DNA of 15,853 bases from a virus. Its lineage: Duplodnaviria > Heunggongvirae > Uroviricota > Caudoviricetes. Below are positions 15,717 through 15,853 of the stretch, piece by piece. The stretch lies in IMG/VR virus record IMGVR_UViG_2693429700_000007. One strand, given 5' to 3'. The first letter of the stretch is position 1. Each line of letters opens with the position of its first letter. The notes beneath the pieces are model-generated. The model saw only the letters and a list, made by a program, of their open reading frames with translations, had not been told where the DNA came from and did not search any database. Made by a program: the position numbers and the translations under genes.

Positions 15717-15853
15717 TGAACCGCCCCGGAAATCCTGGAGACTAAACTCCCTGAGAAAGAGGTAAACAGGATGACTAAAAATACTCGTTTTTCCCCCGAA
15801 GTCCGTCAGCGGGCGATTCGTATGGTTCTGGAAAGTCAGGATGAATATGACTC
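15717..15853 (+). mobile_element. Left end of an IS3-family insertion sequence (IS629/IS1203-like), partial
   Basis: Sequence from 15717 (TGAACCGCCCCGGAAATCCTGGAGACTAAACTCCCTGAGAAAGAGGTAAACAGG-ATG) matches the left inverted repeat and leader of IS629 as I recall it. It is followed by the start of orfA; the element continues beyond the window. Confidence 0.75.
15771..15853 (+). CDS. IS3-family transposase OrfA, N-terminal fragment (partial, runs off the right edge of the window)
   Basis: ATG at 15771 preceded by GAGG; translation MTKNTRFSPEVRQRAIRMVLESQDEYD... is the characteristic N-terminus (HTH region) of IS629/IS1203 OrfA. Confidence 0.75.
   Translation, partial: MTKNTRFSPEVRQRAIRMVLESQDEYD

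Noticed and set aside
1-15853. CRISPR arrays, tRNA or rRNA genes, integrase and attachment sites
   Set aside because: I saw no regularly spaced direct repeats and no tRNA-like or rRNA-like sequence by eye, and the window covers only late genes, so integrase and att would lie outside it. A tRNA scan (tRNAscan-SE or ARAGORN) would be needed to exclude small RNAs rigorously.

Overview
The window is almost entirely the late (virion morphogenesis plus lysis) region of a lambdoid, HK97-like prophage of an enterobacterial host, encoded on the minus strand. Reading right to left: a SAR-type endolysin, a small membrane ORF, Rz with embedded Rz1, a small moron-like ORF, an HNH endonuclease, a cos-containing gap, terminase small and large subunits, a small two-TMD membrane ORF, HK97-family portal, prohead protease and major capsid protein, four head-tail joining genes, an Ig-domain major tail protein, the G/GT tail chaperone pair with a canonical -1 frameshift site (A_AAA_AAG), the tape measure protein and lambda-like minor tail proteins M, L and the start of K. 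The right edge (from 15717) is the left end of an IS3-family element that I recognise as IS629-like; it abuts and truncates the ORF upstream of the endolysin, and no holin gene is visible in the window. I found no rRNA, tRNA or CRISPR array by eye. Nothing here is a clear new system. The items most worth follow-up are three small accessory ORFs in unusual positions, several hairpin/T-tract elements placed immediately upstream of late-gene start sites, and the IS-disrupted lysis cassette. All family assignments rest on reading the translations and on recall of lambda and HK97 proteins, not on searches.
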